A stretch of 64,000 nt of DNA from Spirochaetia bacterium (GCA_963675665.1 OY776510.1:3520001-3584000); one strand, 5' to 3'; shown: positions 1 through 9,197, counted from the stretch's first letter. Made by a program: numbers and translations. The notes: generated by a model not told the origin, from the sequence alone.

Positions 1-2
1 TG

Positions 3-212
3 TCAGGGCTTGAATTAGGGATAAAGATAGGACTTGGTGTTGTTGGACTTATTTCAAGTCCTGCTGTTGCAGTGCCCTGTGTTTTAGCTACGATGTATGT
101 AGGCTCGGCTTTTGATCATTTAGATGATGGACCTATTACAACAACTGATAATATGTCTGATTTATCTGATTTTCTTGGTGGTACTATAGATTGGGCAATG
201 GATAATCAATAA
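3..212 (+). CDS. 3' end of an unknown protein (Gly/Ala-rich hydrophobic C-terminus), truncated by the window edge
   Basis: Open frame from base 3 (SGLELGIKIGLGVVGLISSPAVAVPCVLATMYVG...DWAMDNQ) to TAA 210-212, which overlaps the next ATG (TAATG). Confidence 0.6.
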   Translation, partial: SGLELGIKIGLGVVGLISSPAVAVPCVLATMYVGSAFDHLDDGPITTTDNMSDLSDFLGGTIDWAMDNQ

Positions 213-514
213 TGAAAATACTTTTTACAATCTATTTTTGGATTTATTATACCGGTTTAAATATCAATAAAACCTTAGGAATACCAAAAAGACTATCAAG
301 CTCTTATACTGGTGCAGGTCTTCTTACAGGATTATCTGTATTCATACCTATTTTTGTTTTGTTGGATTATTTCTTACCAATTAAATTAAGTAAATTACCT
401 ATTTATTTTTGCATACTAATAATTATTATTATATTCGAAAAGATTTTAAAAAAGGTAAGTATAAATAAAAGTGGTGTCGAAGTAAAAGAAAAGATTGAAG
501 ATTTAATAAATTAG
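212..514 (+). CDS. Small multi-TM membrane protein, possibly frameshifted near its 3' end
   Basis: Hydrophobic segments; translationally coupled to the upstream ORF; further hydrophobic coding-like sequence continues in another frame. Confidence 0.55.
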   Translation: MKILFTIYFWIYYTGLNINKTLGIPKRLSSSYTGAGLLTGLSVFIPIFVLLDYFLPIKLSKLPIYFCILIIIIIFEKILKKVSINKSGVEVKEKIEDLIN

Positions 515-639
515 ATCGTTTTTTAGTGTTTATAGATTTTATTTCTTTCATAATTATTTTTTCATGGATATTTCTAAGTTTTTATTTATGGCATTTTATA
601 ATAATAAATTCTATTTGAAAACAAAATAGATTACCTTCC

Positions 640-700
640 GCCGGAATAGGGCGTTGGAGTAGTCCCGGTGAAACCGGGCTACTCAACTATCCATTCCGGC
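640..700. terminator. Long GC-rich hairpin upstream of the first attC
   Basis: GCCGGAAT...GAGTAG.CCCGGT-GAA-ACCGGG.CTACTC...ATTCCGGC inverted repeat. Confidence 0.5.
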
Positions 701-760
701 TTCCAAGATAAATAGGGTGGAATTAAAGGTTGTATGATAAAATGTTAATAAAAGAACGTC

Positions 761-901
761 GCATAACAACGGTTAAGCGGCTCCGGCCAGTCGGCCTGCG
801 CCCAAATTGCCAGGAAGGGATTAGATAAACTTGAGGCAGTTAATAAGTAAGAGTTTATGTTCAGCTTTCCTGTCAACTTCGCTTAACCCGGAACGTTATC
901 T
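761..901 (+). repeat. attC site
   Basis: R'' GCATAAC 761-767; GGTTAAGCG/CGCTTAACC stem; R' GTTATCT 895-901. Confidence 0.85.
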
Positions 902-967
902 GAAAGTTTTGGTTTTTGGTGATTCTATATAGAATAGTCATTCATGGCTATTCTTGTAAGATTTATC

Positions 968-996
968 TTGACTAAGGTTAGCATGTAGGCTAACAT
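968..996 (+). promoter_or_regulatory. sigma70 promoter and operator of the HigBA-like cassette
   Basis: TTGACT-17bp-TAACAT; inverted repeat GTTAGC (977-982)/GCTAAC (989-994); ATG 6 nt after the -10. Confidence 0.6.
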
Positions 997-1002
997 GAGA
1001 GT

Positions 1003-1365
1003 ATGAGTCGAAAAGTGATTTTCTATACAACAGATACAGGAAAATGCCTTGTAGAAGAATTTCTCAATAATCTTGAGGTAAAAGTTGTTAAGAAGATTGT
1101 TTGGACGTTGAAAATAATTGAGGAGATGGATTTAGTTCCAAAGACATATTTCAAGAAGTTGTAATCTACTGATGGAATATGGGAGGTCAGAATTAAAGTT
1201 GGAACAAATATATACCGGATCTTTAGTTTTTGGGATAAGAATAATTTGATTGTTTTAACCCATGGGATGATTAAGAAGTCTCAGAAAACACCAAAAAATG
1301 AGATCAAAATAGCAGAAAGTTATAAGAAGGAATATTTCAGGAGGAAAGAAAATGAACCTCAATGA
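1003..1365 (+). pseudogene. RelE/HigB-like (Gp49/DUF891-type) toxin with a nonsense mutation
   Basis: MSRKVIFYTTDTGKCLVEEFL...YFKKL*STDGIWEVRIKVGTNIYRIF...LTHGMIKKSQKTP; in-frame TAA at 1162-1164. Confidence 0.85.
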
Positions 1366-1624
1366 TTATGTAGATAAAAGAATAAAGAATGAAGGAATCT
1401 CAAAAGAAGAGTTTTGGGATGGCTATGAAGATTATAAGATAGGGATATTCTTAAAAGAGGCAAGAGAAAAAAGTGGGTTAACGCAGGAAGAGTTAGCAAA
1501 TCGAATCAATACAACTAAAAGTGTAATCTCAAGGATGGAGAATCATTCTGAAGATATAAAATTATCAACTATTGAAAAAGTAGCAAAAGCCTTAGGAAAG
1601 AAGGTTAAAATCGCAATCGTTTGA
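1352..1624 (+). CDS. HigA-like XRE helix-turn-helix antitoxin
   Basis: LKEAREKSGLTQEELANRINTTKSVISRMEN HTH_3 motif, downstream of the RelE-like toxin. Confidence 0.85.
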   Translation: MNLNDYVDKRIKNEGISKEEFWDGYEDYKIGIFLKEAREKSGLTQEELANRINTTKSVISRMENHSEDIKLSTIEKVAKALGKKVKIAIV

Positions 1625-1637
1625 TTCTACACTAAAG

Positions 1638-1663
1638 CCCAAAAGACATCCTTGTCTTTTGGG
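1638..1663. terminator. Hairpin after the antitoxin gene
   Basis: CCCAAAAGACA-TCCT-TGTCTTTTGGG, perfect 11-bp stem. Confidence 0.6.
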
Positions 1664-1684
1664 GATCAAATCACCAAAACCTTC

Positions 1685-1779
1685 AGATAACAGGGGCTAT
1701 GTGCTTCGTCGCTATACGCTCCTCGGGCTACGCCACATACGGCTATCGCCGTACGTCACATAACCCCGGGACGTTAGAT
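1685..1779 (+). repeat. attC site (main resident family)
   Basis: AGATAAC AGGGGCTATGTG...CACATAACCCCGGGAC GTTAGAT; near-identical copies at 5368 and 9052. Confidence 0.9.
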
Positions 1780-1912
1780 GCAATGAGCCCGACAAGAGGA
1801 AGACGCCCGGACCTCCGGCCGACGGGCTAAGAGGTAAATATATGGAATATGAAAAATTATTTTTTGATAAATTAAGTCAAAGCTACAATAATTCTTCCTA
1901 TTAGGAGAGCGA

Positions 1913-2632
1913 ATGTGGTATGAGAAGACCTATATAAATGGTTCTATGAAGTGGATTAAAATATTTAATGATGAAAATCAAGGACTCAAAGTTGAGGATT
2001 GGGAATTAGATCGCGCCTGGGAGGCTGTAATAAAAGAAGATCCTGATTATATAACAATTGAATTGATGTATGATCAAGAATTTGCTTTCAGTTCTGCATT
2101 TTTCTTTCGTGCAAATATAAAGAATCCAAAACTTCAAACATTTTTTTGTCCAAAGTGTTTTAAATATTTAGATACTCATGAAGAAATGTTTTTTTTCAAT
2201 AATCCAATATTAAGGACAAATAAAATAATAAAATCAAAATTTGAAAATGTTAATTTTAAAAATAAGGCATCTGCCGAAATTCAAGCTTATATACTCAATG
2301 AAAATACTTTTAAAAATTGTGGATTATGGGGTATGCACGGTTGTACTTTGTTGTCTTATTTTATTGAAGAAGAGCATTATGATGTGATTTTTCAAAGTAA
2401 TAATGAAGGATTTGTATATCTATGGAAATATAAAGGAATTCCACAAAGATTTAAATTAGAATTAAATGAAAAGGAAAGCAGATTTGATGTAATAGATAAA
2501 AATGAGATTGTTTACTCTGAAAGCCTTGAACGTTTTTTCACAGCTAAAGGGTTTTATAATAGATATTATGAGATAGTAAGCTATTTAAATAATTTTAAAA
2601 AATTAAATTTAGAGGATAAGAACGATATATAA
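1913..2632 (+). CDS. Hypothetical cassette protein (239 aa, CxxC)
   Basis: AGGAG SD; single ORF between attC sites; no recognised family. Confidence 0.75.
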   Translation: MWYEKTYINGSMKWIKIFNDENQGLKVEDWELDRAWEAVIKEDPDYITIELMYDQEFAFSSAFFFRANIKNPKLQTFFCPKCFKYLDTHEEMFFFNNPILRTNKIIKSKFENVNFKNKASAEIQAYILNENTFKNCGLWGMHGCTLLSYFIEEEHYDVIFQSNNEGFVYLWKYKGIPQRFKLELNEKESRFDVIDKNEIVYSESLERFFTAKGFYNRYYEIVSYLNNFKKLNLEDKNDI

Positions 2633-2715
2633 GAACCGAAGTTTTGGTATTTTTTAAGATCAATGAAGAATCCAGACCTAACTCCGTTGAACGGTCTGGA
2701 TGTTGGGCTCAAAGC

Positions 2716-2780
2716 ACATAACAAGGGAATATAAGCAGCGCCCGTACGGGCTTGGCCTTCGGCACATTTTTATTTTTCTG
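2716..2780 (+). repeat. Truncated attC (left arm only)
   Basis: ACATAAC AAGGGAATATAAGCAGCG...CACATTTT; R'' flank complements the cassette start at 1773. Confidence 0.7.
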
Positions 2781-2801
2781 AAGTGAGTGAAGATTATCGG
2801 A

Positions 2802-2947
2802 ATTTAACAAGTCAAATGCAGTTGTCGCCGTCTATTGTCACGGTTTTAGCAGAGACGTTTCGCGCTGATCGCGCTACACTCTAAAACCGCGCCAATTCCT
2901 TTCGCTTCGCTCCAGGATCGAGGGCGCAACTGATTTAGTCGTTAAAT
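2802..2947 (+). repeat. attC site of a different sequence family
   Basis: ATTTAAC...AAATGCAGTTG / CAACTGATTT...GTTAAAT with one extrahelical G in L''; internal CGGTTTTAG/CTAAAACCG stem. Confidence 0.85.
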
Positions 2948-3046
2948 GCACGGGATTTTTCAGTTTCGGGAAAATGATGGGTGTGATAGAATCAATGAGA
3001 AAAATAAAAACGTCTTTGAACCGCCCCGGGAATCCCGGAGACTGTT

Positions 3047-3955
3047 TTAGTTGAGTCCGACAACTCTGGCCGAATCTCTAACACTTTCATAATACATCAT
3101 CTCAAACTCTTTTGGGGGAATATTTCCAATCGGTTCAAGAATTCTTCGGTTGTTAAACCAGTCCACCCATTTCAGAGTTTCATATTCTACTTCATCTATA
3201 GATTTCCAGGGACCTTTTCTCCAGATCACCTCCGCTTTATATAAACCGTTTATTGTTTCCGCCATTGCATTATCATATGAATCTCCAACACTTCCGACAG
3301 AAGGTTCAATGCCTTCTTCAGCCAATCTCTCAGAATATTTGATAGACAGGTACTGGCTGCCGCGGTCGCTGTGATGAATCAATTTATCTTCCGGCGCTCG
3401 AGCAAAGATTGCCTGCTCCAAAGCATCCAGAGTTAGTTCGGCACTCATTGATCGCGATACGCGCCAACCGACGATCATCCGTGAAAACACATCTGTTACA
3501 AAGGCTACATATACAAATCCTCGCCAGGTTGCCACGTAGGTGAAATCTGCAATCCATAACTCGTTCGGCCGGGTAGATTTGAATTCCCGATTTACTAAAT
3601 CCAACGGCCTGTCTGTTTTCTTATCAGGAATCGTCGTTTTAATACCCTTGCCGCGAATAACTCCTCTAAGACCAAGATCCTTCATGAGTCGAGCTACAGT
3701 GCATCTTGCGACATTAAAACCCTCACGCTTCAGTTGTCTCCAGACTTTTCGGACTCCGTAAACTTTGTAGTTATCATCCCAGACACGCTTAACTTCCGAC
3801 TTCAATTTTTTATCAGAGTGATAGCGTGCAGGAGCCTTACTTGGATCTTTTTCTCTGGATTTCATTTCGTAATAAAAAGACGGAGCAATCGGTATTACTT
3901 TACAGATTGACTCGACTCCATAATCTTCTCTATTTTTATCAATGAAATTAATCAT
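3047..3955 (-). CDS. IS3 transposase OrfB (rve DDE integrase core)
   Basis: [17 protein letters not shown] and [12 protein letters not shown] motifs. Confidence 0.95.
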   Translation of the reverse strand: MINFIDKNREDYGVESICKVIPIAPSFYYEMKSREKDPSKAPARYHSDKKLKSEVKRVWDDNYKVYGVRKVWRQLKREGFNVARCTVARLMKDLGLRGVIRGKGIKTTIPDKKTDRPLDLVNREFKSTRPNELWIADFTYVATWRGFVYVAFVTDVFSRMIVGWRVSRSMSAELTLDALEQAIFARAPEDKLIHHSDRGSQYLSIKYSERLAEEGIEPSVGSVGDSYDNAMAETINGLYKAEVIWRKGPWKSIDEVEYETLKWVDWFNNRRILEPIGNIPPKEFEMMYYESVRDSARVVGLN

Positions 3956-4275
3956 TTCCTCTGTGGGCGGTCGAGCTCCGCCTGTGCGAAATATGCTGAA
4001 GCCTTTCTGAGTATCTCGTTAGCTTTTCTTAATTCCCTGACTTCTCGCTCCAGTTCTTTAATTCTGGTTTTCTCATCAATAGTCAGACCTTCTCGCTTTT
4101 CTGAATCCATTTCCGCTTGACGAACCCATCGGCGCAATGTTTCCGGGGTGCAGCCAATCTTGTTTGCTATTGATTCTATGGCTCCCCATTGGGAGCCGTG
4201 CTATTCAGTAGTCTCAAATACCAACCGTACTGAACGTTCTTTTACTTCTTTTGAATACCGGGTTCTTTTGTCCAT
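3952..4275 (-). pseudogene. IS3 transposase OrfA with a nonsense mutation
   Basis: [52 protein letters not shown]; TAG at 4201-4203 (codon 25). Confidence 0.85.
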
Positions 4276-4326
4276 AACATAATCCTCTCATATAATTATG
4301 TCTCTGGTAAACCCGGGGCGGTTCAA

Positions 4327-4652
4327 CCATCAGAACAGGAATATGATGGAGATTTTGTAGAGTTTGCGTATCCGATAAATTACAGGAAGCGGTTCGTAAA
4401 TAATCGAGGCTTTATCAGTTTTAATGGAACACGCTATTTTGTCGGGAATCCATTTGGAGGATACAATATAGGAGTTCAGCAGAATGAAGAAGGGCAACTA
4501 AATGTCTGGTTTGGAGACTCTCTTCTTGGATATTTTAACCAGGAAAGTTTGTTGCTGGTGCCTGAAAAGCAGTATACACTAATGAAAAGAAAAAGGAGAA
4601 AAGTGTTACCGATGTCGTGACACAAATCCGTTACCTATGTCGTGAAACCGGA
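4327..4652 (+). pseudogene. 3' remnant of an IS481-family transposase and its right end
   Basis: Open frame PSEQEYDG...RFVNNRGFISFNGTRYFVG...KVLPMS* (TGA 4618-4620), overlapped and followed by tandem GTTACC.ATGTCGTGA repeats typical of IS481 ends. Confidence 0.7.
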
Positions 4653-4693
4653 CCCCGCTGTCGCCTTCCATGGCTCATTAGAAAGAATTAAGA

Positions 4694-4728
4694 TTGATAA
4701 AACTTAAAAGGTGTTGTACAATGTACGT
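4694..4728 (+). promoter_or_regulatory. Promoter/operator of the VapC-Phd cassette
   Basis: TTGATA-17bp-TACAAT, overlapping TGTACA/TGTACG Phd-type palindromes; ATG 6 nt after the -10. Confidence 0.6.
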
Positions 4729-5121
4729 ATGAGTATATTGGTAGATGCAAACATATATTTAGCAGTAATTCTCGATGAGCCGGAAAAAAGCAAAATAATA
4801 GAATTAACTCAGGAAGATGATCTGATATCACCGGTTGTTTTACCTTTCGAAGTGGGAAACGCACTATCTGCAATGTATAAAAGAAATAGGTTAGATAAAA
4901 GTCAAATAATTGATTGTTATTCAATATTTCAGAAAATACCAGTGCGTTTGATTGATGTTAATATTCAAAACTCATTAGTAATAGCAGCAGATTATGGAAT
5001 ATATGCTTACGATGCATATTATTTGGAGATAGCAAAACGATACAAATGCAGTTTGTTGAGTTTGGATAATAGAATGAAAGAAGTGGCTAAAGATTTAGGA
5101 GTCCACTTATTGGAGGTCTGA
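4729..5121 (+). CDS. vapC: PIN-domain VapC toxin
   Basis: ILVDANIYL...FEVGNAL...YAYDAYYL...LLSLD acidic PIN motifs. Confidence 0.9.
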   Translation: MSILVDANIYLAVILDEPEKSKIIELTQEDDLISPVVLPFEVGNALSAMYKRNRLDKSQIIDCYSIFQKIPVRLIDVNIQNSLVIAADYGIYAYDAYYLEIAKRYKCSLLSLDNRMKEVAKDLGVHLLEV

Positions 5122-5346
5122 ATGAGAGTTTTTAATTATTCAGAAGCTAGGCAGAATTTTGCTTCAATATTGAATATGGCAGCAGAAGAAGATGTCATAA
5201 TAGCAAAGAAAGATGGAAGCAGATTTAAGATTGTACCGCTTACTAAAAATGAAAGTAAATCCCCATTTGACGTTCCAGGAATTAAAAGTAAAGTTACAAC
5301 CAAAGAAATCCTTGATGTTATTAGAGAAACTCGAGAGTTATCGTAG
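5122..5346 (+). CDS. Phd/YefM-family antitoxin (downstream of its toxin)
   Basis: MRVFNYSEARQNFASILNMA...VII Phd N-terminal motif; GGAGG SD. Confidence 0.85.
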   Translation: MRVFNYSEARQNFASILNMAAEEDVIIAKKDGSRFKIVPLTKNESKSPFDVPGIKSKVTTKEILDVIRETRELS

Positions 5347-5367
5347 AGAAGAAAGCCGTAATACTTC

Positions 5368-5462
5368 AGATAACAGGGGCTATGTGCTTCGTCGCTATGC
5401 GCTCCTCGGGCTGCGCCACATACGGCATTCGCCGTACGTCGTATATCCGCGGAACGTTAGAC
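5368..5462 (+). repeat. attC site (main family)
   Basis: AGATAAC AGGGGCTATGTG...GGAAC GTTAGAC; near-identical to 1685-1779. Confidence 0.9.
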
Positions 5463-5496
5463 GAAAGATATAAAGGTCGACGGGCTTGAATGAGAT

Positions 5497-6306
5497 ATGA
5501 ATATTGAAAAGGTTTTAAGGAATTATATAAAAATAGAGAATAGAGTTATCCATTCGGGTGAACAGTTTGTTATAATTACATTATGTTTAATACTGGTATT
5601 TTCATGTAACAAAAAGATAGAAAGCAGAAATAATGAATTATTAAAAGTATTGTTTATAGGAAATAGCTACACATTCAATAATAACCTTCCCGATCAAGTT
5701 AAAAAAAATATTTACTGATCAAAACAAGGCTATTTCTATTGAGATAAAATCATTTACTCCCGGTGGAGCAAGACTCCAAGATCATCTAAATTCTATTTTC
5801 ACTTTGGATACAATAAGAAATGGAAATTGGGATATAATAATTATACAAGGGCATAGCTTGGGCCTCTAAATAATCCTATTGGTTTTAAGGATGCTGCTTT
5901 AACTCTCATAAAAATCGCTAAAGATAGTGGTGCTGAAGTCTATTTATTTGAAACATGGTCTCGTGCTTTGGGTGAACCAGAGTACAGTGAAGAATGGTCA
6001 GGGCGAAATCATGCTGCAATGCAGAAACTCATCAGCAAAAAATATACTGATATTGCAATAGTCACTGATGCAATAGTTATTCCGATAGGGAGAATATGGC
6101 AAAGACTAAGGATAGAGATCCCAAAAATTGAATTATATTCAACAGACGGTTCTCATCCTACACCCTGTGGAAGTTATTTGGCGGCTTGTGTTATTTATAA
6201 ATATCTGTTCGATGAAGATCCTACTGACATTAAATACTATCCAAATGGAATAAAGAAATCTGATGCTAAGAAATTACGGGCTGCTGCTGAAAATATTATT
6301 CTTTAA
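5497..6306 (+). pseudogene. SGNH/GDSL hydrolase lipoprotein with two frameshifts
   Basis: VLFIGNSYT block I, then TPGGARLQDH...WDIIIIQGHS in a second frame, then ETWSRA...DGSHPT; shifts at the A8 run (5701-5708) and the G run (~5860). Confidence 0.8.
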
Positions 6307-6559
6307 CGAAAAAGAAATAAGTTTGGAGAATATTATGACCGAGATACTATATACGATTAATATTTAATTTCCTTAGAGATGGAAAAAACTTATTGTCCAG
6401 GCATGTGAAAAAAATATGAAGATGAAAATGATTCATTGTAGCTGGTTGAAGAGTGATGGTTTTAAGCAGATAGTCAGTTATAAAAAGGGGTGCTATAATA
6501 ATCAAAGAAACCAGACCTTGACATCGCCGTGCGGTCTGTTTGAAGAGCCAAAACTCTTG

Positions 6560-6636
6560 CTATAACAGGGGCTATGTGCTCAGCCCATTCGGCCTTCGGG
6601 CTGCGCCGAACGTCGTGTAACCCTGGAACGATAGGA
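6560..6636 (+). repeat. attC site with a damaged R' (TT missing)
   Basis: CTATAAC AGGGGCTATGTG...TAACCCTGGAAC G--ATAGGAAC. Confidence 0.8.
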
Positions 6637-6660
6637 ACTAGTTTTTAAGAGATTATTACG

Positions 6661-7155
6661 ATGAAAGAGAAGTACCAAATCCAAATAGCCGATAAGAATG
6701 ACCAAGAATTTCTTTATGAGATGCTTTACCAATCAATTTATGTAGAGCCAGATTCACCGAAACCTGATAGACAAATAATTGATATTCCAGAAATATCAAA
6801 ATATGTCGCAAACTGGGGAAAGCAAGGAGATTACGCTTTAATTGCTTTAGATGAAAATGGAACTAAAATAGGTGCAGTTTGGCTCCGATACTTTGATGTA
6901 AATAACAAGGGATATGGATTCATTAACGATCAGATACCTGAGATAGGTATCGCTGTAGAAGAAAAGAGCCGTGGGAATGGTATTGGGTCATTCTTATTAA
7001 ATGAAATATTGAAAAGAACGAAAAATGAAATAGAATCAATTTCATTAAGTGTTCAACCGAATAATCCAGCAATGGATTTATATTCTCGATTCGGTTTCTA
7101 TGAATGTGGAAAAGAAGGGGACTCTGTAATAATGAGATATGATAACGAGGCATGA
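6661..7155 (+). CDS. GNAT N-acetyltransferase
   Basis: IAVEEKSRGNGIG AcCoA motif; NPAMDLYSRFGF. Confidence 0.9.
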   Translation: MKEKYQIQIADKNDQEFLYEMLYQSIYVEPDSPKPDRQIIDIPEISKYVANWGKQGDYALIALDENGTKIGAVWLRYFDVNNKGYGFINDQIPEIGIAVEEKSRGNGIGSFLLNEILKRTKNEIESISLSVQPNNPAMDLYSRFGFYECGKEGDSVIMRYDNEA

Positions 7156-7165
7156 AAACTACTTC

Positions 7166-7281
7166 CTATAACAGTGAGTATATGCTACGTTCGGCTATCG
7201 CGCCTCACTTGGGCTGCGCCACATTTTTTCTTTTTCCTGCTCCGCTTCGCCCGCTTATCGGGAAAAGAAAAAACGTTATAT
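7166..7281 (+). repeat. attC site apparently lacking its L' arm
   Basis: CTATAAC AGTGAGTATATGC...GGGCTGCGCCACATTTTTTC...GAAAAAAC GTTATAT; no complement to GAGTATATGC before R'. Confidence 0.75.
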
Positions 7282-7302
7282 GCAATGCATAACGAGAAAG
7301 AA

Positions 7303-7800
7303 ATGATTGTATTAGAAAAATTTGAAAAAGATAACATTCCCCAATTACTATCTTGGCTTGAAGACACGGATGCAAAATTCCTTTTACAGTTTGCTGGACC
7401 CATATATTTATTCCCATTGAATGAAAAACAACTCATGGAAACTTTGGATTCAAAAGATTATTTATTGCTTCGGGCAATCGATACCAAAGCCGGGAATATA
7501 ATCGGTCATTGCCAATTTATGAGAGTTGATAAAAATAAACAACAAGCATCCATTGGTAGAATCCTTATTAATCCTAATTTCAGAGGGAAAGGATTTGGAG
7601 TACAACTCATAAATGAAATGAAAATCTTTGCCAAAGATAAATTAAATCTATTGAAGATTGATTTACGTGTTTTTGATTTCAACACTGCAGCTTTACATTG
7701 TTATTCTAAAGCTGGGTTTGTTAAAACCTCTGTACATGAAAACCATATTCCTGAGTTCAATGAAACTTGGAAAATTATTACAATGGAATGTTCTCTCTGA
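7303..7800 (+). CDS. GNAT (RimJ/RimL-like) acetyltransferase
   Basis: RILINPNFRGKGFG, LRVFDFNTAALHCYSKAGF; start moved downstream of the attC. Confidence 0.85.
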   Translation: MIVLEKFEKDNIPQLLSWLEDTDAKFLLQFAGPIYLFPLNEKQLMETLDSKDYLLLRAIDTKAGNIIGHCQFMRVDKNKQQASIGRILINPNFRGKGFGVQLINEMKIFAKDKLNLLKIDLRVFDFNTAALHCYSKAGFVKTSVHENHIPEFNETWKIITMECSL

Positions 7801-7824
7801 CCCTCTATTCTCGTTGGTCAATGA

Positions 7825-7971
7825 ATCTAACAAGCGAATATGCGGTTCCGATTCGCTCCACTCAAATTGCTTCTTTGATAATCTCTGATAAAAGTATGCT
7901 ATACTTTTCCCAGATATTATTAAGCTCTCAAGTGGCCGAAGCACCTTCGCATATTCCGCAGAACGTTATAT
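7825..7971 (+). repeat. attC site
   Basis: ATCTAAC AAGCGAATATGCG...CGCATATTCCGCAGAAC GTTATAT. Confidence 0.85.
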
Positions 7972-8080
7972 GACATATTCTTGAGATGGATATAATATAC
8001 AGAAAATAAAAGAGGAGTACTTAATGTCTACAATATTATTTGATTTCTTTAGATAAACATAAAAATATAAGGAGTCAATA

Positions 8081-8827
8081 TTGTCGTATTTTAATTTTCA
8101 AGGAAAGAAAATATTTTATTCAGTTAAAGGAGAAGGTCCTCTTCTGATAGTTTTACCAGGTAACACAGCTACATCTGCTGCACATGAGCATGAGTTAAAT
8201 TATTTTTCAGATAAGTATTGCACTGTTTCCCTAGATTTTCTGGGAACTGGAAAATCAGACAGAATGAAGCAATGGGATAGCGGTTGGTGGGAAGCCTGTA
8301 GTAACCAAGTTAAAGCATTAGTTGAGCATCTTAATTATAAAGAGGCGATTCTTCTTGGCATAAGTGGCGGTGCTATTATAGCAATTTCTGCCGCTATAAA
8401 TCATTCTGAATATGTTAAAGCAGTTGTTGCAGATAGCTTTTCATTGCATTTTACGGAAGAAATGTATAAAAACAATGTCTTAAATGAAAGATCTAATTTA
8501 TCTGAAGAACAACAAATGTTCTGGTCATCAATGCATGGTTCAGATTGGAAAGATGTTATAACTGCTGATACAGAAATGATTGGAATGGTTGTTAAGGAAG
8601 GAGGATCTTGTATCAAGAGCCAACCAGAAAAGATAAAATGTCCTGTTTTGCTGACATATTCAGAAGAAGATAGTTTTCTTCCAAATGTAAAAGAAATTGC
8701 TGCAGATTTAGAAAAGAAGATTAGCAATTGTGAGATTAAAATATTTTCAAATGGAGATCATCCTCTAATTTGGACAAATCCTACGGATTTTTTTCAATCC
8801 GTTGATAGATTTCTATTAAAAATATAA
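8081..8827 (+). CDS. Alpha/beta hydrolase
   Basis: DFLGTGKS; GISGG nucleophile elbow; C-terminal GDH; AAGGAG SD. Confidence 0.9.
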   Translation: MSYFNFQGKKIFYSVKGEGPLLIVLPGNTATSAAHEHELNYFSDKYCTVSLDFLGTGKSDRMKQWDSGWWEACSNQVKALVEHLNYKEAILLGISGGAIIAISAAINHSEYVKAVVADSFSLHFTEEMYKNNVLNERSNLSEEQQMFWSSMHGSDWKDVITADTEMIGMVVKEGGSCIKSQPEKIKCPVLLTYSEEDSFLPNVKEIAADLEKKISNCEIKIFSNGDHPLIWTNPTDFFQSVDRFLLKI

Positions 8828-8879
8828 AGAAAATTTGTGGGCTATTTCGATGGCCCGCATTCAATAACAAGAATAAGTC

Positions 8880-8925
8880 ACATAACAGCGTGGATCAAGG
8901 GCCTTGCCGTCCCTGGCAAGGATAA
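8880..8925 (+). repeat. Truncated attC (R'' and part of left arm)
   Basis: CAAGAATAAGTCACATAAC complements the cassette start GTTATATGACATATTCTTG; no R' follows. Confidence 0.65.
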
Positions 8926-8967
8926 AGAAAAGTCGACAAAACGCACACATTGTAATAATTTACTATT

Positions 8968-9057
8968 ATGAAGCTTTTTGATTGGGATGAAAAGAAGAAT
9001 TCAGAATTAAGAAAAACGCGTGATATAAACGGAAGATTGGTTGAATCAAGCAGATAA
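8968..9057 (+). pseudogene. N-terminal remnant of a BrnT-like toxin
   Basis: MKLFDWDEKKNSELRKTRDI resembles the BrnT FxWDxxKN start; truncated at the attC. Confidence 0.65.
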
Positions 9058-9145
9058 CAGGGGCTATTTGCATCGTCGCTATGCGCTCCTCGGGCTGTGC
9101 CACATACGGTTGCGCCGTACGTCACATAACCTCGGAACGTTATGC
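9052..9145 (+). repeat. attC site (main family)
   Basis: AGATAAC AGGGGCTATTTG...CACATAACCTCGGAAC GTTATGC. Confidence 0.9.
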
Positions 9146-9197
9146 GAAATCTCGAACCTAAAAAAAGAAGATGCTTGCCATCCTTTGCAAGCAAAGA

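Larger units (their letters stand above)
3017..4325 (-). mobile_element. IS3-family element (IS51/IS629-like), 1309 bp
   Basis: Terminal IRs TGAACCGCCCCGGG...CCCGGGGCGGTTCA; orfA/orfB organisation; no target duplication (CTT vs ACC). Confidence 0.95.

Noticed and set aside
1162-4203. In-frame stops in the HigB-like toxin (TAA) and IS3 orfA (TAG) as recoding or an alternative genetic code
   Set aside because: TAA and TAG terminate normal genes throughout the window; these are best read as nonsense mutations
5213-5473. 86-aa ORF, and similarly 8895-9194, 7693-7944 and 7185-7436
   Set aside because: Shadow frames across attC sites or real genes, with no protein motifs
7174-7302. N-terminal extension of the 208-aa GNAT ORF
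   Set aside because: It is a translation of the attC site; the real start is probably 7303 (or 7285)
1685-9145. Near-identical ~95-bp repeats as a CRISPR array, tRNAs or REP elements
   Set aside because: They are separated by whole genes, have TAAC/GTTA ends and attC-like arms, form no cloverleaf, and no cas genes are present
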